From the IMG/VR virus record IMGVR_UViG_3300021425_003554: 64,000 bases of DNA. One strand, written 5' to 3'. The translations under genes and the position numbers were made by a program. The notes below the pieces were generated by a model. That model was not told the origin of the DNA. It worked only from the letters and a program-made list of their open reading frames with translations, and did no database searches. The stretch is from a virus. Lineage: Duplodnaviria > Caudoviricetes. How positions within the stretch are numbered: the first letter of the stretch is position 1; each line of letters opens with the position of its first letter. This document shows, piece by piece, positions 7,573 to 16,869 of this stretch.

Positions 7573-8364
7573 ATGAAGTTAAGTAACAATATGCAACTAT
7601 TGTTCGATCACACCCTGGGAAAACAAGAACACACTGACCTAGTGCTGTGTCGTCCCATGGCAATCGTGGATGACACCGAAGAAGTTGAAGCACTGTGCGA
7701 GGGTTGGCTGGCATTGGATCACCCGATCAAAAAACAGGAAGTTTTTTATCAATCACGTAGCACACGCATAAACCTGGATGAATACAAACCTAGGTACAAA
7801 AAGCACGAATGGCAAGGACAACCCATAGAGATCAAAATAATCGATGCCAGCGAGATGGTGAAACTGTTGGGTCTGCCACACATCTATAAACAATACATGA
7901 CCAGAAAAAAATTTACGCAGGATTACGATCCTTTCCTACACTATAACAAACGGGATCAATTCATGCTGTTCTACATCGGTACAGCGGACAACATCGTGGG
8001 ATTCACCAAACAGAAAAGATATCGATATCAAGAGGACAACTACATTGCCCAATTGGGCGACGATCTGTTGGATCTCGCTGGGTTGGAATCCGTGATACAC
8101 GCCAACACTGTGCCCATATCATTGATCACCCTGGACATGGAAATACTCTGGGCCAGTGAACACAATGTTTCTTATTTTTACATGGGATCCGGGTACGAAG
8201 CCAGTTCCGTGTATAAATCGAACTATCGTGGATTCGAATGGTGGACGGGCACCGAATGGAGCAAGGACAAAAAACTATACAGGAGTCTATGCAAGAGAGA
8301 TTCTAGGATCGAGACTTTAAAGGATGTCGCCATGCTCCCGTCACTGATTCGAGATGACTCTTAG
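7573..8364 (+). CDS. ATE/Bpt-like aminoacyl-tRNA-protein transferase
   Basis: N-terminal EALCEGW...FYQSRSTRINL..YKP and C-terminal ILWASEHNVSYFYMGSGYE...YKSNYRGFEW match the layout of ATE_N/ATE_C; start may be MQLLF at 7591. Confidence 0.65.
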   Translation: MKLSNNMQLLFDHTLGKQEHTDLVLCRPMAIVDDTEEVEALCEGWLALDHPIKKQEVFYQSRSTRINLDEYKPRYKKHEWQGQPIEIKIIDASEMVKLLGLPHIYKQYMTRKKFTQDYDPFLHYNKRDQFMLFYIGTADNIVGFTKQKRYRYQEDNYIAQLGDDLLDLAGLESVIHANTVPISLITLDMEILWASEHNVSYFYMGSGYEASSVYKSNYRGFEWWTGTEWSKDKKLYRSLCKRDSRIETLKDVAMLPSLIRDDS

Positions 8365-8890
8365 ACCAATTTTTGTAGTACTCGGTCTGACGCAACTTGT
8401 CCTCAAACTTTTTTAACTTGGTCCTGCTCTGAACCAACAGTAAGATATATTTTCCGTTGTTGAGTTTGATATTTTTTACTTTTTCAACAATGTCGGGATG
8501 ATCTTCCATTATGACCAAATCTCGTTTTTTATAAATGCTGTTCAACTTGACTCCCAGTTGTTTGGTTTGTCTTACGGTCCAACGTTCGGGGTCGGCTATG
8601 ATTATCAGCACATCTTTTTTATCTGTGTCAAACTTGTCGATCAGATCGTGTATGTGTGAATCGGATTGGTCTGACAGCAATTCAACAAACTTGACCTTGC
8701 CTTTGAGGCGGGCCTGTCTGGCATACGGACAAGGAGGCAGATCTGCGAACACCGGGTGTGGCACCTCCACGAACTCCTTGATCCAACGTAGCACGTCTTT
8801 GCGTGGATCACTCTTGTTCTTGTTGTTCCTGATCTTGTTGTTCTTGTTCGACGTCGGGTTGATCTTGGGTGTCGTCCTCAGTTGATTCAT
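8303..8890 (-). CDS. DUF1415-family protein
   Basis: W...FVE.......LPPCPYAR.A and EDHPD motifs; start uncertain because of overlap with the upstream gene. Confidence 0.65.
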   Translation of the reverse strand: MNQLRTTPKINPTSNKNNKIRNNKNKSDPRKDVLRWIKEFVEVPHPVFADLPPCPYARQARLKGKVKFVELLSDQSDSHIHDLIDKFDTDKKDVLIIIADPERWTVRQTKQLGVKLNSIYKKRDLVIMEDHPDIVEKVKNIKLNNGKYILLLVQSRTKLKKFEDKLRQTEYYKNWSKSHLESVTGAWRHPLKSRS

Positions 8891-9182
8891 TTTTGAGCTC
8901 TCTTATTTTTTCCAGTGCTTCGTTTAGTAAACGTTCTTTGGTTTCCAGTTTGATTTGGAGATTGGATATCTCCTTGTTCTGTTCACCAATTTTGTGTCCT
9001 AGACTTTGCACGTCGCTGGTTGCGTGTTCCAGTTTAATCAACACCTGCTTGATTCGTGATTCTTTTTGTTTGAGAGAAGACTCTGCGATATCGCGGTCTT
9101 TACTTAGATCTTTTATTGTCTCTTTAAGTTCTCGAACTAGTTCGCGTTCCGACATATGTTTAATTATACTGTTCCCTTGCAT
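8808..9182 (-). CDS. coiled-coil hypothetical protein
   Basis: Heptad-rich with acidic Q/E tail; start possibly at MSERELV. Confidence 0.6.
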   Translation of the reverse strand: MQGNSIIKHMSERELVRELKETIKDLSKDRDIAESSLKQKESRIKQVLIKLEHATSDVQSLGHKIGEQNKEISNLQIKLETKERLLNEALEKIRELKNESTEDDTQDQPDVEQEQQDQEQQEQE

Positions 9183-9212
9183 CCATTATATTATACTATA
9201 TTTTTTTCAATT

Positions 9213-9449
9213 TTAAAAGAACGGTTGTCCGGTTTTTTTGGTAGTTTCCAAATTATCTTTGATGATATCACTGATTATTCCTCGCTCTTCGTTGCTCATG
9301 TGCAGTGCTTCTTGGTAAGTTACTCCACCTCGCATGAACCAACAGATCTTGAACAATTCCTGTTTTACAGTTTTACCTTCATTTTCCAAATCTTTGAGAT
9401 ATTTTATAATATCAGATTCCTCGAGTGACAGTAACTTTATACGAAAAAA
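9213..9449 (-). CDS. start-less ORF reached by probable -1 frameshift (gp51/gpGT-like tail assembly chaperone extension)
   Basis: 76 open codons RIKLLSLEES...ELFKICWFMRGGVTYQEALHMSNEERGII...GQPFF*; no ATG for the first 36 codons; begins at a T TTT TTC heptamer. Confidence 0.7.
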   Translation of the reverse strand, partial: FFRIKLLSLEESDIIKYLKDLENEGKTVKQELFKICWFMRGGVTYQEALHMSNEERGIISDIIKDNLETTKKTGQPFF

Positions 9450-10294
9450 TTTGAGTTATCAAATGTCAATGGTACTTCGTAAGATATAGGTGCACCTTTT
9501 TTGATTTGCTCTTCATCGGATTTCACTGTGAAAGGTTTCACCGCACCTTGTGATCTCATCTCAATCAGTGCATTTTCAATTTCCTTGATTTTTTTCGCAC
9601 CTGCATTTTCTACAAAACTTTTTATTTGTATGGGATCTGACACCGATTGGCCATCTGGTAACTTTATAGAGTTTATGTTATTGATTAATAGTGTTGAATT
9701 TAGTTCATTTAATTTTTTAAAACTTTCTGTGAACCTTTTTGTTTTTTCTTCTGCAGGCAATTCACTGGCATTGATCTGCGTGTATAATCTTTGTTGTTCG
9801 AATGTTTTTAATTGTGCATCGGTCATTTCCTTGTATGTCAAGGGTTTGATTTCAATCACAAGTCCATCCGATGTTGTGAAAGTGTCGTCGATCTTTTGTT
9901 GCTGAATCCTGTCCAACACATCCGGTAATCTGATCTCGTGCTTGATGGAGTCATTTGTTACCGGAGCAACACTCGTGACTTCCATTGTTTCCCCAAAACT
10001 TGCAATCCTGATTCCGACCAAAACTGTGTCAATGTCGTAATTTACAAGTCTCCATGGATCGAGTATTGTTGGTATACAACTTTTGATAACATCAACCGTT
10101 GCTTGTCCGTTCATCATGGCATCAGGTGTTCTAAATGCCAATTCGTCCATGGCTGTCATTGGCAATACAGGGTGTTCTCCTGTTGTGGTTTTAGCAACCA
10201 CATCGCTTTTGTAGTATTTTTCACCACTGGGCAACTTGATACTGATAGCCGGTTGCCTGTAGTACTTTTGTAATGGGTTCGAATTTTCTGTCAT
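9437..10294 (-). CDS. gp26: baseplate hub / tail assembly chaperone (T4 gp26-like)
   Basis: NPLQKYYRQPAISIKLPSG, LPMTAMDEL, D.D.VL..IRIASFGE; adjacent to the tape measure gene. Confidence 0.75.
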   Translation of the reverse strand: MTENSNPLQKYYRQPAISIKLPSGEKYYKSDVVAKTTTGEHPVLPMTAMDELAFRTPDAMMNGQATVDVIKSCIPTILDPWRLVNYDIDTVLVGIRIASFGETMEVTSVAPVTNDSIKHEIRLPDVLDRIQQQKIDDTFTTSDGLVIEIKPLTYKEMTDAQLKTFEQQRLYTQINASELPAEEKTKRFTESFKKLNELNSTLLINNINSIKLPDGQSVSDPIQIKSFVENAGAKKIKEIENALIEMRSQGAVKPFTVKSDEEQIKKGAPISYEVPLTFDNSNFFV

Positions 10295-10303
10295 TTTTTA
10301 TTC

Positions 10304-10342
10304 TATAAATATACACTATAACAACAAGTGTGTCTATATTTA
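10304..10342. promoter_or_regulatory. crossed divergent T4-type late promoters
   Basis: TATAAATA on + at 10304-10311 (for the tape measure) and TAAATA on - at about 10337-10342 (for the gp26-like gene). Confidence 0.65.
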
Positions 10343-10371
10343 TCTGGGCACATTATGGCGGTTTTTAAAGC

Positions 10372-12588
10372 ATGGCTGATGACATTTTAAACGAGATACA
10401 AGACCTTATTAACAAGGTAAAACAGGACAAATCTGGTAAAAATACCAATGTCACTGCATCATCTGTTACAGCATTGGCTAAAGCACTGGCCAAAGCGTCC
10501 TCGAGCACAGAACTAAGAAGATTAAACCAAGAGTATACCAATCTAATTAAATCGGCAAAACTTTCTGCAAAAGCAGAATCGGATTCAATAAAGATCTTAA
10601 ATGAATTAACAGATGCACAAGAAAAAACCATCAAGGCATCACAAGACCTTGACGAGAGATTCTTTCAATTGGCAAAATCCACAGGTGCAAGTACAATACA
10701 AGCACAACGATTTGCCGATCGAGCAAAAACTACCAGAGGTGTTTTAGGAAAACTCGGTGATGCCGCTTCAACCGGATCCGGTAAAATTTCAGACTTTACA
10801 GAAAGTTTTAAAGGATTAGGACCGATTGGCGGATTTATCGCAGACATCGGTGCTCGACTCGAATCAAACATTGACAATTACAGAACTCTTGCAAATACTG
10901 GAGCAACTTTTAACAAAAGTTTAATCGAGTTAAGAGAAACTGCCGCATCGGCTGGATTACCGATCAGCGACTTTGTTAATTTGATCAAATCAAATTCAGA
11001 AAATTTAGCATCACTCTACGGAAGCACAACTCTGGGAGCCAGAGGATTTGCTAGATTAAGCGAAGCATTCAGACAGACGTCAGTGGAACAATTGATGCCG
11101 TTGGGTCTCACTGTGGACGAGTTAAATGAAAATTTATTAACCTCAATAACTCTACAACGAAGATTAGGAATTTTTGATCAAAATGCCACAGAAGAAAATG
11201 TTAGAGCGGCAACAAATTTAACTTTGGAAATGGACAAATTGGCCAAGTTAACTGGACAACAACGTTCGGCCATGGCGAGACAACTAGAAGCACAGTTGTC
11301 AAATGCAAGGTTTAACGCCTTCCTGGGAAGACAAACAGAAGACACTCGACAAAGATTACAAGTATTCGCCGCCGGAATTTCAGAAATTAGTCCTTCATTT
11401 AAAACAGGATTAGAAGATTTGATCGCGAACGCCGGTGTACCTGTAACAGATGCGGCAAGAGATTTAGCAATGTCTATGCCGGGTATTGACAGCATAGTAA
11501 AACAATTGATTTCCGGTAGCATTGATATGGGAACTGCAATGACATTGATGCAATCGTCAGCGAAACAATCTCAAGAAATGTTTAGAGGTGTTGCTGAAAC
11601 AGGACAAGTTTCATTCATTGATAATTTATTTCCAGGCATTAACGCATTGGCAACAAAGGTTTTTGATTTATCAGCAGTGACCGATGAACAGAGAGCTCAA
11701 GCCGATGCCACAACAAAATCATTATCACAATTTCAAGATGCTTCGAAAAGATTATCATCATCATTCCAATCAATCGAAACCGGTTTCTTTGCCACAATCG
11801 GCGATGTATTAGGACCGGCCGGAACAGGATTGAATATGGGAATGAAATCGCTCGCCACAGGCATAAGTGAGTTGAGTAACGGAACCAAAGCACTTTTATA
11901 TGTGTCACATCAATTTGGCTCATGGCTCATGGACAAAGCCTCTCAAATTGTAACAACTTCATTGGGAGTTGCCGCTGGTATTAGAATGGCAGGTCCTATG
12001 GGAATTGGCATGGGCACTGTAGGCAGAGTGGCCGGACGTGCAGGTATTGCCGGGTTGGGAGCGGCCACGGCAATAGGTGGTGCTGGATTGGCAGGATCAG
12101 CCGAAACTCCTGGAGGCAAGGCATTGGGCATAGGAACAGCGGCACTGGGTGGTGCTGTAACTGGAGCACAAATTGGTATGCTGTTTGGTCCGGCGGGTGC
12201 GGCAATTGGTGGATTGTTGGGAGGATTGGCAGGTGCTGGATTGGGTGCTGTCGCGGCTTCTGGTAACAAAACCGGTGAAGGAAGATTAACTGGAACATTG
12301 GGAGAAACTGGTTATAGATTCGAACCAAAAACAACAAAATTAACTGTACACAAGGGAGAAACTGTGTTAAATCCACAGGAAGCAAAACAATATGCCACAG
12401 AGACCGATGGTAATAATATAATGAGAGCCGAATTGATGAAGTTTAATACCACTGCACAGGCAACTCTAGAAGTACAAAAAAACGTGGAAAAACAAATAAG
12501 TAGACTAGTAAGCATTAATGCAAACACAGAAAAAAATACAGAGAGGTCGAATAAAAAACTTGATCAATTGGGCAGTTCTCTAGTATAA
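10372..12588 (+). CDS. tail tape measure protein
   Basis: 738 aa alpha-helical A/Q/S-rich protein with a Gly/Ala-rich hydrophobic segment and C-terminal VHKGETVLNP; next to the chaperone gene. Confidence 0.75.
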   Translation: MADDILNEIQDLINKVKQDKSGKNTNVTASSVTALAKALAKASSSTELRRLNQEYTNLIKSAKLSAKAESDSIKILNELTDAQEKTIKASQDLDERFFQLAKSTGASTIQAQRFADRAKTTRGVLGKLGDAASTGSGKISDFTESFKGLGPIGGFIADIGARLESNIDNYRTLANTGATFNKSLIELRETAASAGLPISDFVNLIKSNSENLASLYGSTTLGARGFARLSEAFRQTSVEQLMPLGLTVDELNENLLTSITLQRRLGIFDQNATEENVRAATNLTLEMDKLAKLTGQQRSAMARQLEAQLSNARFNAFLGRQTEDTRQRLQVFAAGISEISPSFKTGLEDLIANAGVPVTDAARDLAMSMPGIDSIVKQLISGSIDMGTAMTLMQSSAKQSQEMFRGVAETGQVSFIDNLFPGINALATKVFDLSAVTDEQRAQADATTKSLSQFQDASKRLSSSFQSIETGFFATIGDVLGPAGTGLNMGMKSLATGISELSNGTKALLYVSHQFGSWLMDKASQIVTTSLGVAAGIRMAGPMGIGMGTVGRVAGRAGIAGLGAATAIGGAGLAGSAETPGGKALGIGTAALGGAVTGAQIGMLFGPAGAAIGGLLGGLAGAGLGAVAASGNKTGEGRLTGTLGETGYRFEPKTTKLTVHKGETVLNPQEAKQYATETDGNNIMRAELMKFNTTAQATLEVQKNVEKQISRLVSINANTEKNTERSNKKLDQLGSSLV

Positions 12589-12595
12589 TATTGAT

Positions 12596-14305
12596 ATGGC
12601 TTGGAAAAAATATTTTAAAGACGCAAACCTTTCACCAATAGCAGGTGATAGAAGTCCACAATTCGCAAAAAGAAATTATTCATCTTATCTGCCCGATGTT
12701 TACACTGGACACCCTAACAGAATTCAAAGATACTTTCAATACGATCAGATGGATACCGACTCTGAGATCAATGCGGCACTAGACATATTGGCAGAATTTT
12801 GTACACAGGACAACACCGAAAACGAAACACCGTTTGATTTAGTTTTCAAAGATGAAATAACACAGTCTGAAATTAAACTTTTAAAAAAAGCACTACAACA
12901 ATGGGTCAAAACAAATCAATTCACAAAAAGAATTTTCAAATTATTTAGGAACGTTTTAAAATACGGAGATTGTTTCTTTATCAGAGATCCAGAAACCAAT
13001 AAATTGTTATATATTGATCCAGCAAAAGTGGACAGGATCATTGTCAACGAGTCAGAAGGCAAACTGCCAGAACAATATATCATTAGAGATATCAATCCAA
13101 ACTTACAAAAATTATCTGCCACACAGATCACACCAAATCAATTGTATGGTGGTACCAACCAAGGAGCATTCAACCAAAACTTTACAACTGCCGGACAAGC
13201 CGCGGGTAATATGGCATCGGGCACAGGCGGTGCTTCGGGAGGAAGATTCTACAGAACAATGAATCAATATGCCATCAATGCCGAACACGTGGTACACTTG
13301 ACATTAAGTGATGGAATGGATAATCTATTCCCATTCGGACAATCAGTTCTAGAACAGGTATTCAAAGTTTACAAACAGAAAGAGTTATTAGAAGATGCAA
13401 TTATCATTTACAGAGTGCAAAGAGCACCAGAACGAAGAGTGTTCTACATCGATGTGGGCAATATGCCAACACACTTGGCCATGCAGTTTGTTGAAAGAGT
13501 TAAAAATGAAATCAATCAAAGAAGAATTCCATCAACATCGGGTGGTGCTAACTTTATAGATGCCACTTACAACCCAATGAGTATCAACGAAGATTACTTC
13601 TTCCCTCAAACAGCGGAAGGTCGAGGATCTAAAGTAGACACATTACCGGGCGGTACTAACCTGGGCGAGATCGACGATTTGAGATTCTTTACAAATAAAT
13701 TGTATAGAGGATTAAGAATACCAAGTTCATATTTGCCAACCGGAGCGGATGACGGTGCACAACAGTACAATGACGGCAGAGTGGGCACAGCATACATTCA
13801 AGAATTGAGATTCAACAAATACTGTGAAAGATTACAAAATTTAATCTCACCGGTGTTGGATGAAGAGTTTAAAATTTGGATCAACAACAAAGGTTATACA
13901 TTAGACGGTAGCACATTTGAAATCAAATTCAATCCACCACAAAACTTTGCTCAATACAGACAAACCGAGATGGATCAAAGCAGGGTAGGAACATTTACTC
14001 AGGTAGCAGAATTACCTTATATGTCAAAAAGATTTGCTCTCAAAAGATATCTAGGATTAACCGAAGAAGAAATGGCGCAAAATGCAACATTGTGGGCAGA
14101 AGAAAATAATGTGGCACAGAAAAAACAATCCAAGACAACACAGATGAGAACAGCAGGAATTTCACAAGCCGACGTTAGTGCGGATCTAGATAATCTAGAA
14201 GAACCAACAGCAGAACCAGGCACTGAACAACCAGGACAACAAACAACCACACCGGGAGCACCAACACCACCAGGACAAACTCCGGGTGGAGGAACACAGG
14301 TTTAA
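12596..14305 (+). CDS. gp20: portal protein (T4 gp20-like)
   Basis: LLEDAIIIYRVQRAPERRVFYIDVGNMP, EDYFFP, GSKVDTLPGG, LYRGLRIP.S. Confidence 0.97.
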   Translation: MAWKKYFKDANLSPIAGDRSPQFAKRNYSSYLPDVYTGHPNRIQRYFQYDQMDTDSEINAALDILAEFCTQDNTENETPFDLVFKDEITQSEIKLLKKALQQWVKTNQFTKRIFKLFRNVLKYGDCFFIRDPETNKLLYIDPAKVDRIIVNESEGKLPEQYIIRDINPNLQKLSATQITPNQLYGGTNQGAFNQNFTTAGQAAGNMASGTGGASGGRFYRTMNQYAINAEHVVHLTLSDGMDNLFPFGQSVLEQVFKVYKQKELLEDAIIIYRVQRAPERRVFYIDVGNMPTHLAMQFVERVKNEINQRRIPSTSGGANFIDATYNPMSINEDYFFPQTAEGRGSKVDTLPGGTNLGEIDDLRFFTNKLYRGLRIPSSYLPTGADDGAQQYNDGRVGTAYIQELRFNKYCERLQNLISPVLDEEFKIWINNKGYTLDGSTFEIKFNPPQNFAQYRQTEMDQSRVGTFTQVAELPYMSKRFALKRYLGLTEEEMAQNATLWAEENNVAQKKQSKTTQMRTAGISQADVSADLDNLEEPTAEPGTEQPGQQTTTPGAPTPPGQTPGGGTQV

Positions 14306-14318
14306 AATAAATATCGTT

Positions 14319-14561
14319 ATGAAATTGAATGAATTTTTTCAACATACAGAAAATGGCTTCGAGCAACAAAAAAATTATAATGCCGAAGACGATATTTCTA
14401 TTTTGGACACCGACGATACACGAAAGACTAGATTAACTCTAGGACAAATTAACAAAATGCGACTTGCTTCTGAACAACACGATGCAGAACAGAAGGAAGA
14501 AGCAGTTTTCGTTCAAAAAATGTATGGTCAACCACCTGCCGACGATAATATATCTTTGTAA
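14319..14561 (+). CDS. conserved hypothetical head-module protein
   Basis: MKLNEFF...DTRKTRLTLGQINKMR...MYG; TAAATA just upstream. Confidence 0.7.
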   Translation: MKLNEFFQHTENGFEQQKNYNAEDDISILDTDDTRKTRLTLGQINKMRLASEQHDAEQKEEAVFVQKMYGQPPADDNISL

Positions 14562-14583
14562 TAATATATAAAGTGTGTAACAT

Positions 14584-15213
14584 ATGAGCAATACAACAGC
14601 ATTTGTATTAGGCAACGGCGAATCCCGTAAAGGTATAAAAATTGCTGATTTACAAAAACACGGAAAGGTTTATGCCTGTAATGCCGTTTATAGGACCGAA
14701 ACTCCAGATTATCTCGTTGCTGTAGATCCCAAAATGATTTTAGAGATTTGCGAAACTGATTATCCCAAAAACAATTCGGTTTGGAGCAACTACAATCATC
14801 AGTATGACAAGGTTCCAACAGCAATTAATCATGTACAATGGTTCAAACCCAGCCTAGGATGGTCATCCGGCCCCACAGCATTGAAATTAGCCTGCGATCA
14901 TGGACACAAACAAATATACATATTGGGATTTGACTATCAAGGTCACTCGAGGGATCAAAGAAAAACCAGTTTTAAGTTCAACAATGTTTTCAAAGACACC
15001 CGTAATTACAAACAAAGCAAGGACGAAGCAACATTTTATGGCAACTGGATGAATCAAACTAAAAAAATTTTCATAGATTATCCAGACATCAAGTTCAAAC
15101 GTGTGGTGCCGGCAAACTGGTTTCGACCAAACGACTTAGAATTCAATCCCAATTTCAGTACAATTGATGTGTTGGACTTCCTGAAAATGTATGATCTGCA
15201 GATAAAATTGTAA
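14584..15213 (+). CDS. DUF115/MptE-like (MAF_flag10-type) Rossmann protein
   Basis: FVLGNGESR, YACNA, SSGPTAL, IYILGFDY. Confidence 0.55.
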   Translation: MSNTTAFVLGNGESRKGIKIADLQKHGKVYACNAVYRTETPDYLVAVDPKMILEICETDYPKNNSVWSNYNHQYDKVPTAINHVQWFKPSLGWSSGPTALKLACDHGHKQIYILGFDYQGHSRDQRKTSFKFNNVFKDTRNYKQSKDEATFYGNWMNQTKKIFIDYPDIKFKRVVPANWFRPNDLEFNPNFSTIDVLDFLKMYDLQIKL

Positions 15214-15346
15214 AAATCACGAAAAAGTCTTATTTTGAGATAAATATGGGCCTTTTTGAGCCTATTCTATAGCCGTTTTAGGTTCTTTTATGTAAATACA
15301 ACACTTATAAGTTAAACGAACGTATACATTTAAAGGAGCACGTGTA

Positions 15347-16210
15347 ATGTCAAATAAATTTGAACAATTATTAGAATTGCTGATCAACGAAGAAAATGAA
15401 AAAGCGGAAGCGTTATTTCATGAAATCGTTGTAGAAAAATCTAGAGATATCTACGAAGGATTAGCAGAAACTACTGAAGAAGAAACAGTAGAAGAAAACA
15501 AAGAAGAGTCTAAAGAAGAGTCTAAAGAAGAAGCAGTAGAAGAAGCAACTGAAGAATCTAAAGAAGAAGCAGTAGAAGAAGGCGAAGAAGTTGAACTTGC
15601 TGACGAATCTGAAGAAACTGAAGAAGAATCAATCGAAGAAGTAGGCGGAGATGCAACTGACGAGTTAATCAAAGATGTATCTGCTCCGGAAGCCGAAGAA
15701 GAAATGCCAGGTGATGAAGAAATGCCAGGTGATGACGCTGAAGCAGAAGGTGACACTGAAGAAAGAGTTGCAGACTTAGAAGATGCTTTAGACGAATTAA
15801 AAGCAGAATTTGAAAAAATGATGTCAGGCGATAACGGTGAAGAGTCAGAAGAAACTGAAGAAGAGTCAATAGACGCTCCAGTAGAGGCTGAAAAAACTCC
15901 TTTTGAATCAAAAGAAGCGGACAAGGAAACTGTAAAAGAATACAAAATTCCAAAATCTGCTGATAACACTGACAAAGCAGATGGCAAAAAATCACCAGTA
16001 AATGATGCAGGAACAAAGATGGGACACGGTGCTAAAAATATAGCACAGGGTTCTGCTGAAGAAAAAGGCAGAGCGGCTCCGACTGCAGAAAAAATCATCG
16101 GTGATGTTGCAAACACGCCAGGTAAAGAAAAAGCGGCAATGAAAGCGGCACCTAAGGCGGAAACTGCTGACAAGGCTGATAACAAGAAATCACCAGTTGC
16201 TTCTAAGTAA
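15347..16210 (+). CDS. acidic prohead core/scaffold protein
   Basis: Very E-rich low-complexity protein with EESKEEA repeats, directly upstream of the prohead protease. Confidence 0.7.
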   Translation: MSNKFEQLLELLINEENEKAEALFHEIVVEKSRDIYEGLAETTEEETVEENKEESKEESKEEAVEEATEESKEEAVEEGEEVELADESEETEEESIEEVGGDATDELIKDVSAPEAEEEMPGDEEMPGDDAEAEGDTEERVADLEDALDELKAEFEKMMSGDNGEESEETEEESIDAPVEAEKTPFESKEADKETVKEYKIPKSADNTDKADGKKSPVNDAGTKMGHGAKNIAQGSAEEKGRAAPTAEKIIGDVANTPGKEKAAMKAAPKAETADKADNKKSPVASK

Positions 16211-16236
16211 TTGTTGATTAATTTGGAGAAGATCTG

Positions 16237-16869
16237 ATGTCATCATTATACCTTAGAGAAAATCTAACGTTTGATCAAGCCAGAGTTCAGGTACTTCATG
16301 AAGGTAAGGACGGAAAAGACCTTTTCATGAAAGGAATCTGCATACAAGGCGGTATTAAAAATGCCAATCAAAGAGTTTATCCTGTGAATGAAATACAAAA
16401 AGCAGTGAAAACACTCAATGATCAAATCACGTCTGGATACTCTGTATTAGGTGAAGTGGATCATCCAGATGATTTAAAAATTAATTTGGACCGTGTGTCT
16501 CACATGATTACTGAGATGTGGATGGACGGACCAAATGGATACGGTAAAATGAAAATTTTACCAACACCAATGGGCCAACTTGTCCGAACAATGTTAGAAT
16601 CGGGTGTGAAATTAGGAGTATCGTCGAGAGGAAGTGGTAACATTTCTGAGTACGGCGGTGGAGAAGTTTCAGACTTTGAGATCATCACTGTGGATGTTGT
16701 GGCTCAACCTTCGGCACCAGGTGCTTATCCAACTGCCATATACGAACACCTTATGAACACAAAAGGTGGAAGCATGGCAATGGGTTTGGCGGCTGAAGTT
16801 AGAAACGACAAAAAAGCACAAAAAGCCCTTACAGAGGCATTAACCAACATAATAAGAGGACTAAAATAA
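16237..16869 (+). CDS. gp21: prohead protease (T4 gp21-like)
   Basis: GIC.Q...N.N.RVY, LGEVDHP, LGVSSRG.G, D.VA.PSAP.A. Confidence 0.95.
   Translation: MSSLYLRENLTFDQARVQVLHEGKDGKDLFMKGICIQGGIKNANQRVYPVNEIQKAVKTLNDQITSGYSVLGEVDHPDDLKINLDRVSHMITEMWMDGPNGYGKMKILPTPMGQLVRTMLESGVKLGVSSRGSGNISEYGGGEVSDFEIITVDVVAQPSAPGAYPTAIYEHLMNTKGGSMAMGLAAEVRNDKKAQKALTEALTNIIRGLK

Noticed and set aside
9156-9428. 90-aa plus-strand ORF in the track
   Set aside because: Antisense to the better supported minus-strand frameshift ORF; no recognisable features
15490-15580. Tandem GAAGAGTCTAAAGAAGAA-type repeats
   Set aside because: Coding low-complexity EESKEE repeats within the acidic core protein
15451-16185. 244-aa Ser-rich minus-strand ORF
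   Set aside because: Antisense shadow of the GAA-rich prohead core gene
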